Shown: positions 9,263 through 21,170 of the stretch, one piece after another | Layout of the letters: every line of letters starts with the position of its first letter | How positions within the stretch are numbered: the first letter of the stretch is position 1 | Origin: Octopus bimaculoides | Lineage: Eukaryota | DNA: 42,862 nt | Direction of reading: 5' to 3' | NCBI RefSeq assembly: GCF_001194135.2 | Contig: NC_068981.1 | Span: 16,644,091-16,686,952 of the forward strand | The notes under the pieces: model-generated | Told to the model about the DNA's origin: nothing | The model's input: the letters and a program-made list of their open reading frames with translations, nothing else | The model's database searches: none | Program-made: the position numbers and the translations under genes

Positions 9263-10550
9263 ACCACACATTTCGCCATATATAGACTAATTAACACATG
9301 GACATAGGTATTTGCAACCATAACTATACTCAGAATTAGGCATGCATTCAGGGATACACATTCGGAAACATATACTCGAATGCAGATACACAAAGGCGTA
9401 GAAGCATAATTAAGCATAAAAAGGATGATGTCCACATTTATTCACATATGCGCGCGCACACAAACACACACACGCGCGCAAAGCTTTAGAGACAAAGAAG
9501 CGAACAGAAATCCAGACAGCATTTAAACTTATATACACATAAGTGCAAACATATAGTCAAGCACAGTTATGCTCATACATATAGATATAAAAACATACTT
9601 TTTTGCGTATAAATACACACGTGGATAGACAGAAGATACATAATGATAGGCATGAGTAAACGAAACGGTAGGAAATATATTGGCTAGATGAAGAAAAATT
9701 CTGTACTGAGTGAACGTGAATAAATAGAAGAAAGAAAGAGAGAAGGAGAGAGTATGGTTAATGTGGAGAAACTTTGAGAAGAAACAGAGAAAAAGAGAGG
9801 ACGAAGAGAATTTAAAATAAAACAAACACTATAATAATTTATGCTACAATGTATTACAGAATAAATCTAAAATTTCAGCCAACACGGTGTATGTAAATGA
9901 AGGGGAATTACATTCACTGGACATTTGTGTGAATACAAGACAGTTGTTTACTACTGTCCAGAGAATGTAATTCAGTTTACGTCACTCACGTGTTTTTGGT
10001 TGAATTCTTAAATTTATTTTATAATACATTACAGCATCAAAGCAAATACTACTTAGCGCATCAGTAATTTATTAGCCAAACTAGCTGCTAACTATGCGTT
10101 ATTTATGCAAATCAATTTACCCGATTTTGTGTAACCCTCAATTACAAAAACAATTTCTCCATAGACAAATATAGTTAGGCTATCAGGTCCCGCTGATATC
10201 CTGATATCCCCAAATAGGATTGAAACCGTTCAGATTGGATCTTCTATTTCTGTTCCAGGAAAGATGATTGTTTAATCACAATTAGTAGCTGTTCACAACT
10301 GCCCTGCGTAATTAACCAGGCTCAATTTACACGTCTAAAATGACGTATTGACGAAAATCTTATAGTTTATTCTTTAATATATTACAGTATCAAAACAAAC
10401 ACAATTTAGCTATTTAACTATTATAGATATTCAAACTTTCTAACAAGGAACGTGTTTCGAATAAGATAATGAGAAGATATTCAAAGGAGAAGGGAATGAG
10501 GCGAGAATGATAGACAGAGAGAGGTAGATCATAAATACCTTTTTCTTTTC

Positions 10551-10950
10551 GTAGGAAACTGTGTGTGTGATTAAGAAACTAGTCTTGCAACCAAATGGTT
10601 TCTGGTTCTGTTCCATTACATGGTACTTTGAGCAAGAGTTTTCTACTATAGGTCTGCGTTGCTCAATGCCTCGTGAGTGGATTTGATAGCTGAAAACGGT
10701 AAGGAATCCCGTTGTGTACATGTGTGTGACTTTGTGTTTTGTTTGTCCACCACCATCACTTGACAACCGATGTTGGTTTGTTTACGTCTTCGTAACAGCG
10801 GTTCGGCAAAAGAAACTTATAACTAAGTACGAAACTTTAAAAAAAAAAAACTATTAAGTAGTGGGGGCGAGTTATTCGACTAAAATCTTCGCAACGTTGC
10901 TCCAGCATGGCTGCAATTCCAAGACTAACAGAAGAGATAAGAGATAAAAT
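10551..10950 (+). mobile_element. tRNA-derived SINE family B (CORE-like central domain), diverged full length
   Basis: Head gtgtgtgattaagaaactagtcttgcaaccaaatggtttctggttctgttcc; CORE-like tggtactttgagcaagagttttctactata; tail cacttgacaaccgatgttgg...cggttcggcaaaag...ctccagcatggctgca. Collinear with 41640-42175. Confidence 0.8.
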
Positions 10951-11019
10951 ATTCATATTCTCAAAACAATCTCAAAACTTGTTACGTTTATATATTTGTT
11001 TTGCAAGTTTCTTGAGATG

Positions 11020-11200
11020 AAATCGTGTGTTGAAACTGATATTGTTGTATTTGGGGATGGTCATGTTGACAGTTTAGCCAATAAAATCACACGCACTATA
11101 TATTTGGTGTTAATTTGCTTCAGCTTTATTTTACATTAATCGTATTTCGTCACACTTCTGTGATCTCATCAGTGGTCCTTTGCTTTCTTCTTTCTTATTT
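11020..11200 (-). mobile_element. Possible Penelope-type pseudo-LTR remnant with a hammerhead-like core
   Basis: Minus strand 11172->11145 reads CTGATGA-gaTCACA-gaag-TGTGA-c-GAAA. Penelope-like elements are known to carry hammerhead motifs in their pLTRs. Stems I and III cannot be formed cleanly in this copy. Confidence 0.35.
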
Positions 11201-11590
11201 GTGTGTCCCTCCTTACTAACGATCAGCCATTTTGTATTTTCTATTCCTGTCTCAAACCTATTTCCTTTTTATTATATTGGGATTGTGTATTGAGCGGAGA
11301 TATGATGTCATGGTAGCTTTTGGATTTTAGAATAAGAGAGATTATTGATATAAGTGTAATTCATGTTAAGAGAATTTGTGTTAACCGTGAAATGGCAAGT
11401 ATATAAATGTGTAGGAGACTAATGAAAGTCTTGCTGTATAGATGCTACGTTCAAACTAAAAGAGGGACGGCATCAATTTTTTTATGACGTCGTTATAAAT
11501 GTATAGGTATATTATTAAGTGGTAAATATTGACTTCTGTAGCAACATTAAAACTATTAATAAGATGTTTTAGTCGAATATGTAATATGTA

Positions 11591-11677
11591 ACAGATTTAG
11601 TAGTAAGACGGTTTGACGTCTATTTTTAGCATACACGGGATCCACTCAGTGATCTCTCATATTGTTTATATTTAAAT
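11591..11677. repeat. 87-bp direct repeat, copy 1 (copy 2 at 12071-12157)
   Basis: Ungapped alignment with 12 mismatches in 87 bp by my count. Confidence 0.9.
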
Positions 11678-12070
11678 GGAATTCACGGTTCTCAGACATT
11701 TTGAAGTATGCTGACCACTAGTTGAAATTGATATTACTTAATAATATTATTTAATAATATTAATTTCTACTCTTATTATTTAATCTCATATATCTGTGTA
11801 CTCTAGCCAGATGATTCATTGCAGTTATTTTCTATTTTAACGCCCTAGTACGCGGGTGTTTGAATCGAAGTTAAAATGCATATTAGAACTCTATACATTC
11901 GTATCCTGTCACGGAGACGGGTGGTGTCCAGTTCCATTGTTTAGTCAACAACGAATTAACGGAGGAGACACAGACAATCATAAAATTGTTCATGTCGAAC
12001 CCTTAAGGTATGGAATCAAGCGCTGTGTTTATTTCTTTTCGTTTGTCGAGCGCCTTACTAAGTTGAGAAC

Positions 12071-12157
12071 ACAGATTTAGTGGGAGGACAGATTGACGTC
12101 TATTTTTAGCATACAAGTGACCCACATAGTGATCTCTCGTGTTGTTTATATTTAAAT
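12071..12157. repeat. 87-bp direct repeat, copy 2
   Basis: acagatttag...ttgacgtctatttttagcataca...gtgatctctc.t.ttgtttatatttaaat is shared with 11591-11677. Confidence 0.9.
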
Positions 12158-12171
12158 ATAATAGAAACGAG

Positions 12172-12223
<52 letters not shown>

Positions 12224-14017
12224 TTGTGTGTTCGTGTTTCTGCCCCCTCCCACCGTCACTTGGCAACAGATGTTGGTGTGTTTGTGCATGCATGTATGTA
12301 TGTATGCATGTATGTATGTATGTATGTATGTATCATGTGTATTTATATGCATATATATATATATATATATANNNNNNNNNNNNNNNNNNNNNNNNNNNNN
12401 NNNNNNNNNNNNNNNNNNNNNNNNNNNNNNNNNNNNNNNNNNNNNNNNNNNNNNNNNNNNNNNNNNNNNNNNNNNNNNNNNNNNNNNNNNNNNNNNNNNN
12501 NNNNNNNNNNNNNNNNNNNNNNNNNNNNNNNNNNNNNNNNNNNNNNNNNNNNNNNNNNNNNNNNNNNNNNNNNNNNNNNNNNNNNNNNNNNNNNNNNNNN
12601 NNNNNNNNNNNNNNNNNNNNNNNNNNNNNNNNNNNNNNNNNNNNNNNNNNNNNNNNNNNNNNNNNNNNNNNNNNNNNNNNNNNNNNNNNNNNNNNNNNNN
12701 NNNNNNNNNNNNNNNNNNNNNNNNNNNNNNNNNNNNNNNNNNNNNNNNNNNNNNNNNNNNNNNNNNNNNNNNNNNNNNNNNNNNNNNNNNNNNNNNNNNN
12801 NNNNNNNNNNNNNNNNNNNNNNNNNNNNNNNNNNNNNNNNNNNNNNNNNNNNNNNNNNNNNNNNNNNNNNNNNNCACCATCAACGTTGATTGACTTTCTC
12901 AAATCAGTCTCATCACCAAATTGTGAAGTGTTACTGATGTGTTTAACTGCCTCATAACATTTCAAGTCTTAATGATGGAACGGTGCAACTTTTGAAACGT
13001 TGATGAAGAAGTTAGAAATTTTATTATTCCAAATGAACTGAGAGAGGATCATAGTTTCCTATGAGAAAACATTTTAACTCAATCATGAACGGGTTTTTTA
13101 ATACATTTCTCAAAAAACTTGATCTACACTCACACACACGCTTATATATGCGCACGCACAAACACACACACACACGCATACACACACACGCATACACACA
13201 CACACACAAACACGCACGTAGATGGATATGAGTGTGTGTATGTAAGTACTTATGCGTGAGTCTGTTCACACACACACGAAAAAACGCACACACACACACA
13301 CATATAATATAATNNNNNNNNNNNNNNNNNNNNNNNNNNNNNNNNNNNNNNNNNNNNNNNNNNNNNNNNNNNNNNNNNNNNNNNNNNNNNNNNNNNNNNN
13401 NNNNNNNNNNNNNNNNNNNNNNNNNNNNNNNNNNNNNNNNNNNNNNNNNNNNNNNNNNNNNNNNNNNNNNNNNNNNNNNNNNNNNNNNNNNNNNNNNNNN
13501 NNNNNNNNNNNNNNNNNNNNNNNNNNNNNNNNNNNNNNNNNNNNNNNNNNNNNNNNNNNNNNNNNNNNNNNNNNNNNNNNNNNNNNNNNNNNNNNNNNNN
13601 NNNNNNNNNNNNNNNNNNNNNNNNNNNNNNNNNNNNNNNNNNNNNNNNNNNNNNNNNNNNNNNNNNNNNNNNNNNNNNNNNNNNNNNNNNNNNNNNNNNN
13701 NNNNNNNNNNNNNNNNNNNNNNNNNNNNNNNNNNNNNNNNNNNNNTGAAGGAAAATGTTCCCTATGTGGCCTGTGTTTTCTGTACTCTGGTTATTATTTT
13801 TTTGTCTACGTTTTATTTGCAACGTCCTGTACCCAAATATGCACCTATATACACAGGTAGATGTAGGTATGCACATACTTGTACGTATATATGCATATAC
13901 TTATTTATTATTTGTTTTATATATATACATGAATATATGCTCACACACTTGTATATGTAAATATAAGTATATATATATATATATATATATATGTGGGGGG
14001 GGGGTGTACATATAATA

Positions 14018-14564
14018 CGAGGGTAAGTAAAAAAGTAATGTCATTTTGTTTAGGACAGCTATAATTACCAACACAGGAACATGTATCATAATGAAGCTGG
14101 TCCTCTGTGGCTGTCATCCCTACTTCTCAACTTAGTCACAGTTTCTCTCAATAGCAATGTTCCACCTTCGAATGAGAGCATGTATCCCTGCCACGTAAAA
14201 TTCTGTTGACTGTTCTTTGAACCACTTCTTCACTACAGTTTGCACTTCCTCGTCACTGGACTATCATCATCACTGGACTAACATCACTTCGGCCCCCATG
14301 AAACTGGGTTTGAGAGGCAAACAATATTCCAGTGACGAGGAAGTAAAATCTCTAGTGAAGAAGTGGCTCAAAGAAGTCAACAGAATTTTACGAGGCAGGG
14401 ATACATGCTCTCATTCGAAGGTGGAACATTGCTATTGAGAGAACCGGTGACTATGTTGAGAAGTAGGGATGTGATCCACAGAGGACCAGCTTCATTTTGA
14501 TGTACCTGTGTTGGTAACTATACCTGTCCTAAACAAAATGGGATTACTTTTTGACTCATCCTCG
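14018..14564. mobile_element. Fold-back (palindromic) mariner derivative made of two inverted 3' ends, TA TSD
   Basis: TA|cgagggtaagtaaaaaagtaat...attactttttgactcatcctcg|TA. Arms 14018-14260 and 14328-14564 are reverse complements, including a 50-bp perfect stretch. The right arm encodes a mariner C-terminus: GLRGKQYSSDEEVKSLVKKWLKE/STEFYEAGIHALIRRWNIAIERTGDYVEK*. Confidence 0.92.
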
Positions 14565-15479
14565 TATATATAAATACATGTACGTATCATGTACATATAT
14601 GTACACACACATGCGCTCGCATGCACACATACATATGTATATATACTAATAATCAAAACATTCCACTAATTTACTAAAGGACACCTGAAAACGTGAAGGG
14701 AGAACGTAATCACCTATCATTCAGGCTCATTGAAAACTACTACACAGCCCTAACATAAACATACCACTTGTACAAACTATAGCGGTGTCTACCTAATTTG
14801 TTATACAGTGAGACACCTTGCCAATATAGAATATTTTAGTAGGAATTGAAAGTGTAATTCCGCCATGATGAAGACGTGTAAATAAATTGAATTAGCTTTA
14901 GATATAGATCATCAAACAACTCTGAGCTACAAAAGATAATTCTATGTTATGTAACCTGCTCGAATCAACAGCCAAATCCTCCAATACATATTAAACCGTC
15001 TTTAGAACGGACACTATAGGTAATGTGTTTTTGAAAATAATAGTAACTGTTCTCAGGTGATGCGTTTTTAGCCATATATCTGTAATTACGGGACTTATCC
15101 AAAACGTCGCTGGCGCATTATATACAACAGCTTTCATCTTGTTTTAATAAGAAGTACATTATCATTTTTCTGTTTTTCTCATATTCTTCTATTCTTATTT
15201 GTTTTTTTCTGCAATGAAAATTATCACTTACATTTTTATGGTGATATAAACATGGAATTTGCTTATGGAACTGAACCAACCGGGTGCATTTTGCTTTTTT
15301 GTATATCATTCTATGTTCTATTAAGGGCACACAGTGTAATACAGTACTGCACACATTGATATGCGCGAATAACTTGGTAATACGTGTCATACTTTCGTTA
15401 ACAGTTTCAAATACCTAGGTATTCACCAACAGACATATCCAACCTCTCGTTCTCCCTTATTCTTGACTCAGTGACACTC

Positions 15480-15650
15480 CATTGCTGTGAAAACTGGGGG
15501 AGGAAAGAGCAATACCAGCACAGGGGTTGGCAATATTTCCAGTTAACTAGACAGGAGGAACATGAAATGAAGTGTCTTGCTGGAGGACATAATTCATTTC
15601 CATATCCAGAAATTGTACTCATGACTATAATTATGAGCCTTAACACCTCA
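15480..15650 (-). mobile_element. Very degenerate CORE-like SINE
   Basis: tgaaatgaagtgtcttgctggaggacataa matches the reverse complement of the cttgagcaagacacttcatttca core seen at 25700-25725 and 32600-32625. Confidence 0.4.
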
Positions 15651-16824
15651 AGCAACAGGCTCCACTCTTTCGTTGTATAACACATTGGACACTAATTTTT
15701 TTGTTCTTCTAACTGCGCACAGTAATCTTCACTCTATTAATTAGATGGTCTCTTGTTTTATTCAACACTAATATTCCAGTTTGCACATTATACATCTTTC
15801 TTGTACAAACATATTGTTATTGCCTTAGTGGAACATCCACGATATACATATTTTATAAATCTGTGCTGAAAATATTCAGTTACAGAGACTATAAATTTAT
15901 TTTTAAAACAACAGAAACCAATCTGTAAATTCTGTTTAGGAAAATTAGATAAACTTAAGTCTTTATGATCTGACATGTAGCGTGTGCTGCAGCACACACG
16001 GCAAGTTTATATTTATCATTCCTTGTTAAAAAATATTTTTAGCAAACGAGAATTTGATAAAATTAGACAGTAACTACTCATTACTGCCTGATTTTATTTG
16101 ACTACCAATATATATCATTCATGCTGTATGAATAAACGAGTGTTGATGCATGAGGAAGATGGCAGTTAGCTTGTTTTTTTCTTGCATTTTATTTAAGCAA
16201 CTTTTGAGAACAACAAGATATATAAATACAAAGATCCGCGTGACAGAATTCTGCTTTCCTGAAAATAATGACGCAACGCAGTATTCTGTAACGTGAAGTT
16301 TATTTCCCATGCTGTTTTACTCGTGAAATTGAAATGTATTCCGATAGATATATAATAATAAGTACGACCAATATAATTTATACACGAAACACATATAGTA
16401 CAGTCTGTATGTATATATAATGCAGATAGACCAAAAAAGCTAAGGAGTAGATAAGGCAGTAATATTGTAATTCGATTGTTAGCACTCAAGAACATAAATG
16501 TTGACTGATGTTTGGCGCATGGGCACAGGAGAAGGGAATCTGCGTTTTACTATGTAGATCATCGTTTGTTCTTGATCTGCATCGGAGTGAAGGACAATAC
16601 TGTTTCACATTTACAGAATATTATGTCATTGTACATTTCAGTATTGAAATTGAGTTCATAAGAAACTCCTTTTGTAATATTCACTGAATTTCTGTGAGTG
16701 TCTTTCTGGTTCTCCAATTGATGTAGAAAGACCCTTGTTATAAACACAGTTTTGCACAACTACCCAACTTCTTTCAATAATACATTACACACTATAGTTT
16801 GTTTTATTATTACTTACACACACT

Positions 16825-17220
16825 AAGGTGGCGCGCTGGCAGAACCGTTACCACGCCGCGCGAAATGCTTAGCGGTATTTCGTCTGCCGTTACGTTCTGA
16901 GTTCAAATTCCGCCGAGGTCGACTTTGCCTTTCATCCTTTCGGGGTCGATAAATTAAGTACCTGTTACGCACTGGGGTCGATGTAATCGACTTAATCTGT
17001 TCGTCTGTTCTTGTTTGTTCCCTCTATGTTTAGCCCCTTGTGGGCAATAACGAAATAGGTATTTCGTCTGCCGCTATGCTCTGAGTTCAAATTCCTGTGA
17101 GTTCGACTTTGCCTTTCATGCTTTCGGGTCGATAAGTACCAGTGAATCACTGGAGTCGATGTAATCGACTAGTCCCCTCCCCTCAAATTTCAGGCCTTGT
17201 GCATATAGTAGAAAGTATTA
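16825..17220 (+). mobile_element. SINE family A, dimeric form (full monomer plus second headless unit)
   Basis: aaggtggcgcgctggcagaaccgttaccacgcc...gagttcaaattccgccgaggtcgactttgcctttcatcctttcggggtcgataaattaagtacc...; from ~17058 ggtatttcgtctgccg...gagttcaaattcc...gactttgcctttcat recurs; ends caggccttgtgcatatagtagaaag. Confidence 0.92.
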
Positions 17221-17640
17221 TTACATACACACTGTTTTGATATATTTAAAATTTGATCTTCATAAAGTGAGCATATTAGTTCAAATGTTACAGCATCAGG
17301 TACAATATCTTGTGATATCCATTCATTGTCTGCGATCTGAGTTCAAATTTCGCCGAGGTCAGTTTGTCTGTTCACCATTTCGAGTTCACTAAATAAAAAA
17401 AATCAGTCAAACAATGGAGTCGAATACATACACATTTTCTTTTGATTGTACTTGAAGCTTAAGGATCCATCTTCGCCATAATGTGCTATATAACATATGC
17501 CGGGCAAGTTTCTTTAAATGTACGCATAAGTGGCGGGATACTCAGCTACTTACATGTTAATTTCGCAAACCGACATTCAGTTGATGAAACAAACGGAATA
17601 TTAACCCACTGATAAGTGCTAATATTACATACCGAAATAG

Positions 17641-17850
17641 GACGGCGAGCTAGCAGAATTATAACCGCTCCAGGAAAATGTGGAGCGACATTTCTTTCAA
17701 CTTTACATTCTGAGTGCAAATGACACCGCGTTCGACTTTACTTTTCATCCCATTTCGGAGTTGGTTAAGTAAGTACCAGTTGAGCACTAGGATCGATGAA
17801 ATCGATTTACCCCTTCCATCGAAATTGCTACACCTGTACCGAAAATCCAA
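17641..17850 (+). mobile_element. SINE family A, diverged
   Basis: ggacggcgagctagcagaatt...ttctgagtgcaaat...gttcgactttacttttcatcc...aagtaccagttgagcactagg. Confidence 0.7.
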
Positions 17851-18067
17851 ATCAATATTTTATACCTTAGACAAGTTTATTGATAGGTTTTTGACGATTA
17901 AGATACGAAGGCTGTTATTACAAAGCAAATATATTGTTACACATCGTACATAGATTTATTCTATTCTTCGTACCAGTTCAGTTTCTTAAATTCTTCGGTG
18001 CTACTTTACTGTGTGGTCTGTCTGGCCATTTACACTTTAGTGTGTTGTCTAAACCTTATCCTAAACT

Positions 18068-18279
18068 CAGGGCCGTCTTAACAGCATAGTATAAACCTGG
18101 GAAAATCAGTACACCGGTCTCTATAGCATTTATACATTGACAACAACTACCTTAAAAGTTGTTCTACAATGAAGTGTTCTTCTTAGCTGTCTGTTGTTAC
18201 AATATCAGAATCGGAGCCCTAAACCCATGAGACCCATGAATGTATACCTTGTATCCCTATGCCTTAGTAAGTACGGCCT
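18068..18279. mobile_element. Old MITE with CAGGGCCGTCTTAAC-type terminal inverted repeat
   Basis: The left end cagggccgtcttaacagcatag has reverse complement ctatgctgttaagacggccctg, which matches the right end ctatgccttagtaagtacggcct with indels. No clear TSD. Confidence 0.5.
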
Positions 18280-18824
18280 AAAACTTACCCCAGCCGTAAC
18301 ACTAACCAAGATCAGGTTATTTTATAAGGTGATCTACGAATACAACGGTAGACCACACACTAAAGTAGCACCAACTCTTTTCTATATATAGTCTGCAACG
18401 GTAATCGTCTTTATTTCGAAAGCTAAGGTTTACAAATTGTCAACTATTTTTTTTTTCCACTTGATTAAAAATTATGAATCCAATAACTTTTCAATATTCT
18501 CGCTCTTTGAAAGAATTTTTAATCAAACAAGATTTTTAAAAGAAACCTATTTTATGACATAAATAAATAATTGACTACAAAAGCAAATATATACAAAATA
18601 GAGAGACACACAAACAATACGTGCATCTGTAAACATCTTTTATTGGTTCTTGCAATAAATTTAATAAAAATGTAAACCGAAAAACGTGCAACACATTATG
18701 CCTACATAACACGTTGTGTTGGTGTGTGTATCAAAGTTTCTACGTATATATACATAATTAGATAACTGTCTGGTGATACACGCATGATAATAGATCTCGT
18801 GTACATACAGATATATTTATATAT

Positions 18825-18977
18825 AACGGGCTTCTTTTTGTCTACCAAAGTCACTCACAAAGCTTTAGTCGGCCGGAGGCTGTAGTAGAAGACACTTGCT
18901 CAAGATGTCACGCAGAGGGATTGAACCCGGAACTATGTGGTTGGAAAGCAAGCTTCCTACCACACAGCCACGCCTGT
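18825..18977 (-). mobile_element. SINE family B head plus CORE-like domain
   Basis: The reverse complement reads caggcgtggctgtgtggtaggaagcttgctttccaaccacatagttccgggttcaatccc (box A and box B), then gacatcttgagcaagtgtcttctactacagcctccggccgactaaagctttgtgagtg. Confidence 0.9.
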
Positions 18978-18993
18978 TTGCGTGTATGAGTAA

Positions 18994-19042
<49 letters not shown>

Positions 19043-19505
19043 TNNNNNNNNNNNNNNNNNNNNNNNNNNNNNNNNNNNNNNNNNNNNNNNNNNNNNNNNN
19101 NNNNNNNNNNNNNNNNNNNNNNNNNNNNNNNNNNNNNNNNNNNNNNNNNNNNNNNNNNNNNNNNNNNNNNNNNNNNNNNNNNNNNNNNNNNNNNNNNNNN
19201 NNNNNNNNNNNNNNNNNNNNNNNNNNNNNNNNNNNNNNNNNNNNNNNNNNNNNNNNNNNNNNNNNNNNNNNNNNNNNNNNNNNNNNNNNNNNNNNNNNNN
19301 NNNNNNNNNNNNNNNNNNNNNNNNNNNNNNNNNNNNNNNNNNNNNNNNNNNNNNNNNNNNNNNNNNNNNNNNNNNNNNNNNNNNNNNNNNNNNNNNNNNN
19401 NNNNNNNNNNNNNNNNNNNNNNNNNNNNNNNNNNNNNNNNNNNNNNNNNNNNNNNNNNNNNNNNNNNNNNNNNNTATATGTATATATATATGTATATATA
19501 TATAT

Positions 19506-19586
<81 letters not shown>

Positions 19587-19967
19587 TGTATGAGTTAGAG
19601 GTTAAGAAACCATCTAAGGGATATCAAATATCCAATATACTACTGGAGGTGTACCTACGTATGTTTAACCAAGTGCTTACTATTGCAGGGCAATATTGCA
19701 ATTGAATACTATGTATGGGTAGGGGTAAATTCGAAATTTACCCAGGATTTATAAGGTAAATCAGAAAATAGAGAGAATATAAAATCGCAAACATCAGCCG
19801 GTAAACATTCCATTATATCTATTTATTAAATTATAACAAACATGTGTTTAAGTGGTACAAGTAAGCGAATGACATCAGCCAAGAAATGTCTTTTTTCCAT
19901 ATATATACCTACTCGTGTGTTCCTCCTCAACCTTTTATNNNNNNNNNNAATTACATATATATATATA

Positions 19968-21170
19968 CACACACATCACAGAAGTAAATAAGCAACCCAA
20001 ACAACATCGTTTTATGTTTATTTTAACTTGAAACGTTTTATATTTTTTATTAATTGACATGTCTATGTTTCAGATTCTACATGTGACTGCTTAATCATCC
20101 CACTTATAAAAGAAGCCTTGGAACTGTACGAATTTCAATCTGAATTTCAATCTGAATGTAGACTTAATGTAAAATCGCAGAAAACATTAGGATCCTGCTT
20201 TCTACAGTTAATAGAGTGATTCTGCAATTCAACAGAGAGGGGAAGGTGTCCGCATCACCCTGCCCAGGTCGACGAGGGCCCTCTGGCAGAACCCTTCGGT
20301 TTGTTAAGAAAATTGTGGCGGATAATCCTCGTTGCAAAGTCTCTGACATAGCACAAGTTGATGTCAGTCCCAGAACAGCTGTCACATACCTCCTCAAAAT
20401 TGGCTACAGAGTAGCAAGAAGGAAGCCATTTCTTCAACCAGCCAATATAAATCTGAGAAAAGATTGGACCAGTGAGATGGTGGAGAGGTCACTAGCACTT
20501 TGGGACACTGTCATATTCTCTGATGAGTCCAGATCTGCTGTATTTTCTGACAGTGGTCGAATGTGGGTCTGGAGACACACATCAAGAAATTAATGGAAAA
20601 ATGTTGCAGCCAACAATGAAAGATGGCGGCTATTCTGTTATGATCTGGGGGAGCAATTTGGAGCAATGGTTGATCAGAGCTGGTAAAGTGTAAGGGAAAG
20701 ATAAACTTAGATAAATATGTGCCCATATAGCAGAAAGGACTCCTTCCAATCTTCTCGAATGGTGAAATGATTAAAGAAAACTCTTTATTTTTGGAAGATG
20801 GGGCTCCTTAAGAGATCCAAGATTTGTTAGAAGAGAATGGTATTGAAAAGCCAGTCACCAGATAGGAATCCTATTGAACATCTCATGAGCATAATGGCAG
20901 GACACTTCGTAAAAAGGACATGAAAACATCCTCAAATCCACATATTTTTTGAGATTACGCATGAACTTGCATGAAATTCGTTAAGAGAATATTCGTCATC
21001 TGATCAGTAACATGGCTAATACGGTCCTTTCACTGAAAAATGCAAAGGACATGTCTACTAAATATTAGATATTCACATCATAATAATTAACAAATAATTT
21101 GAAAGTATAATTTGAAATTTAAATAAAATTTAATAATTATAATAGTGTCTATTAACTTCGGTCGTGTCTG
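19968..21170 (+). mobile_element. Decayed full-length Tc1-family DNA transposon (DD34E-type), TA TSD
   Basis: Transposase remnants: ...YRVARRKPFLQPANINLRKDW...WDTVIFSDESR...GRMWVWR (20216-20593), QPTMKDGGYSVMIWG, FLEDGAP, QSPDRNPIEHL, with stops and deletions. Degenerate TIRs cacacacatcacagaagtaaataagcaac / gtgtctattaacttcggtcgtgtctg are flanked by TA. Confidence 0.9.

Noticed and set aside
12875-12965. Minus-strand peptide LKCYEAVKHISNTSQFGDETDLRKSINVDG as an exon
   Set aside because: There is an in-frame stop just upstream, the acceptor is weak, it runs into a gap, and I recognise no domain.
13746-13835. Possible Penelope-type pLTR remnants here and at 30732-30795
   Set aside because: Recognition rests on recall only; the diagnostic motifs are lost in the gap or truncated.
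15982-15997. Perfect 16-bp palindrome gtgtgctgcagcacac; similar short palindromes near 26464 and 27743
   Set aside because: Isolated and short; GT/CA-rich composition makes chance occurrence plausible.
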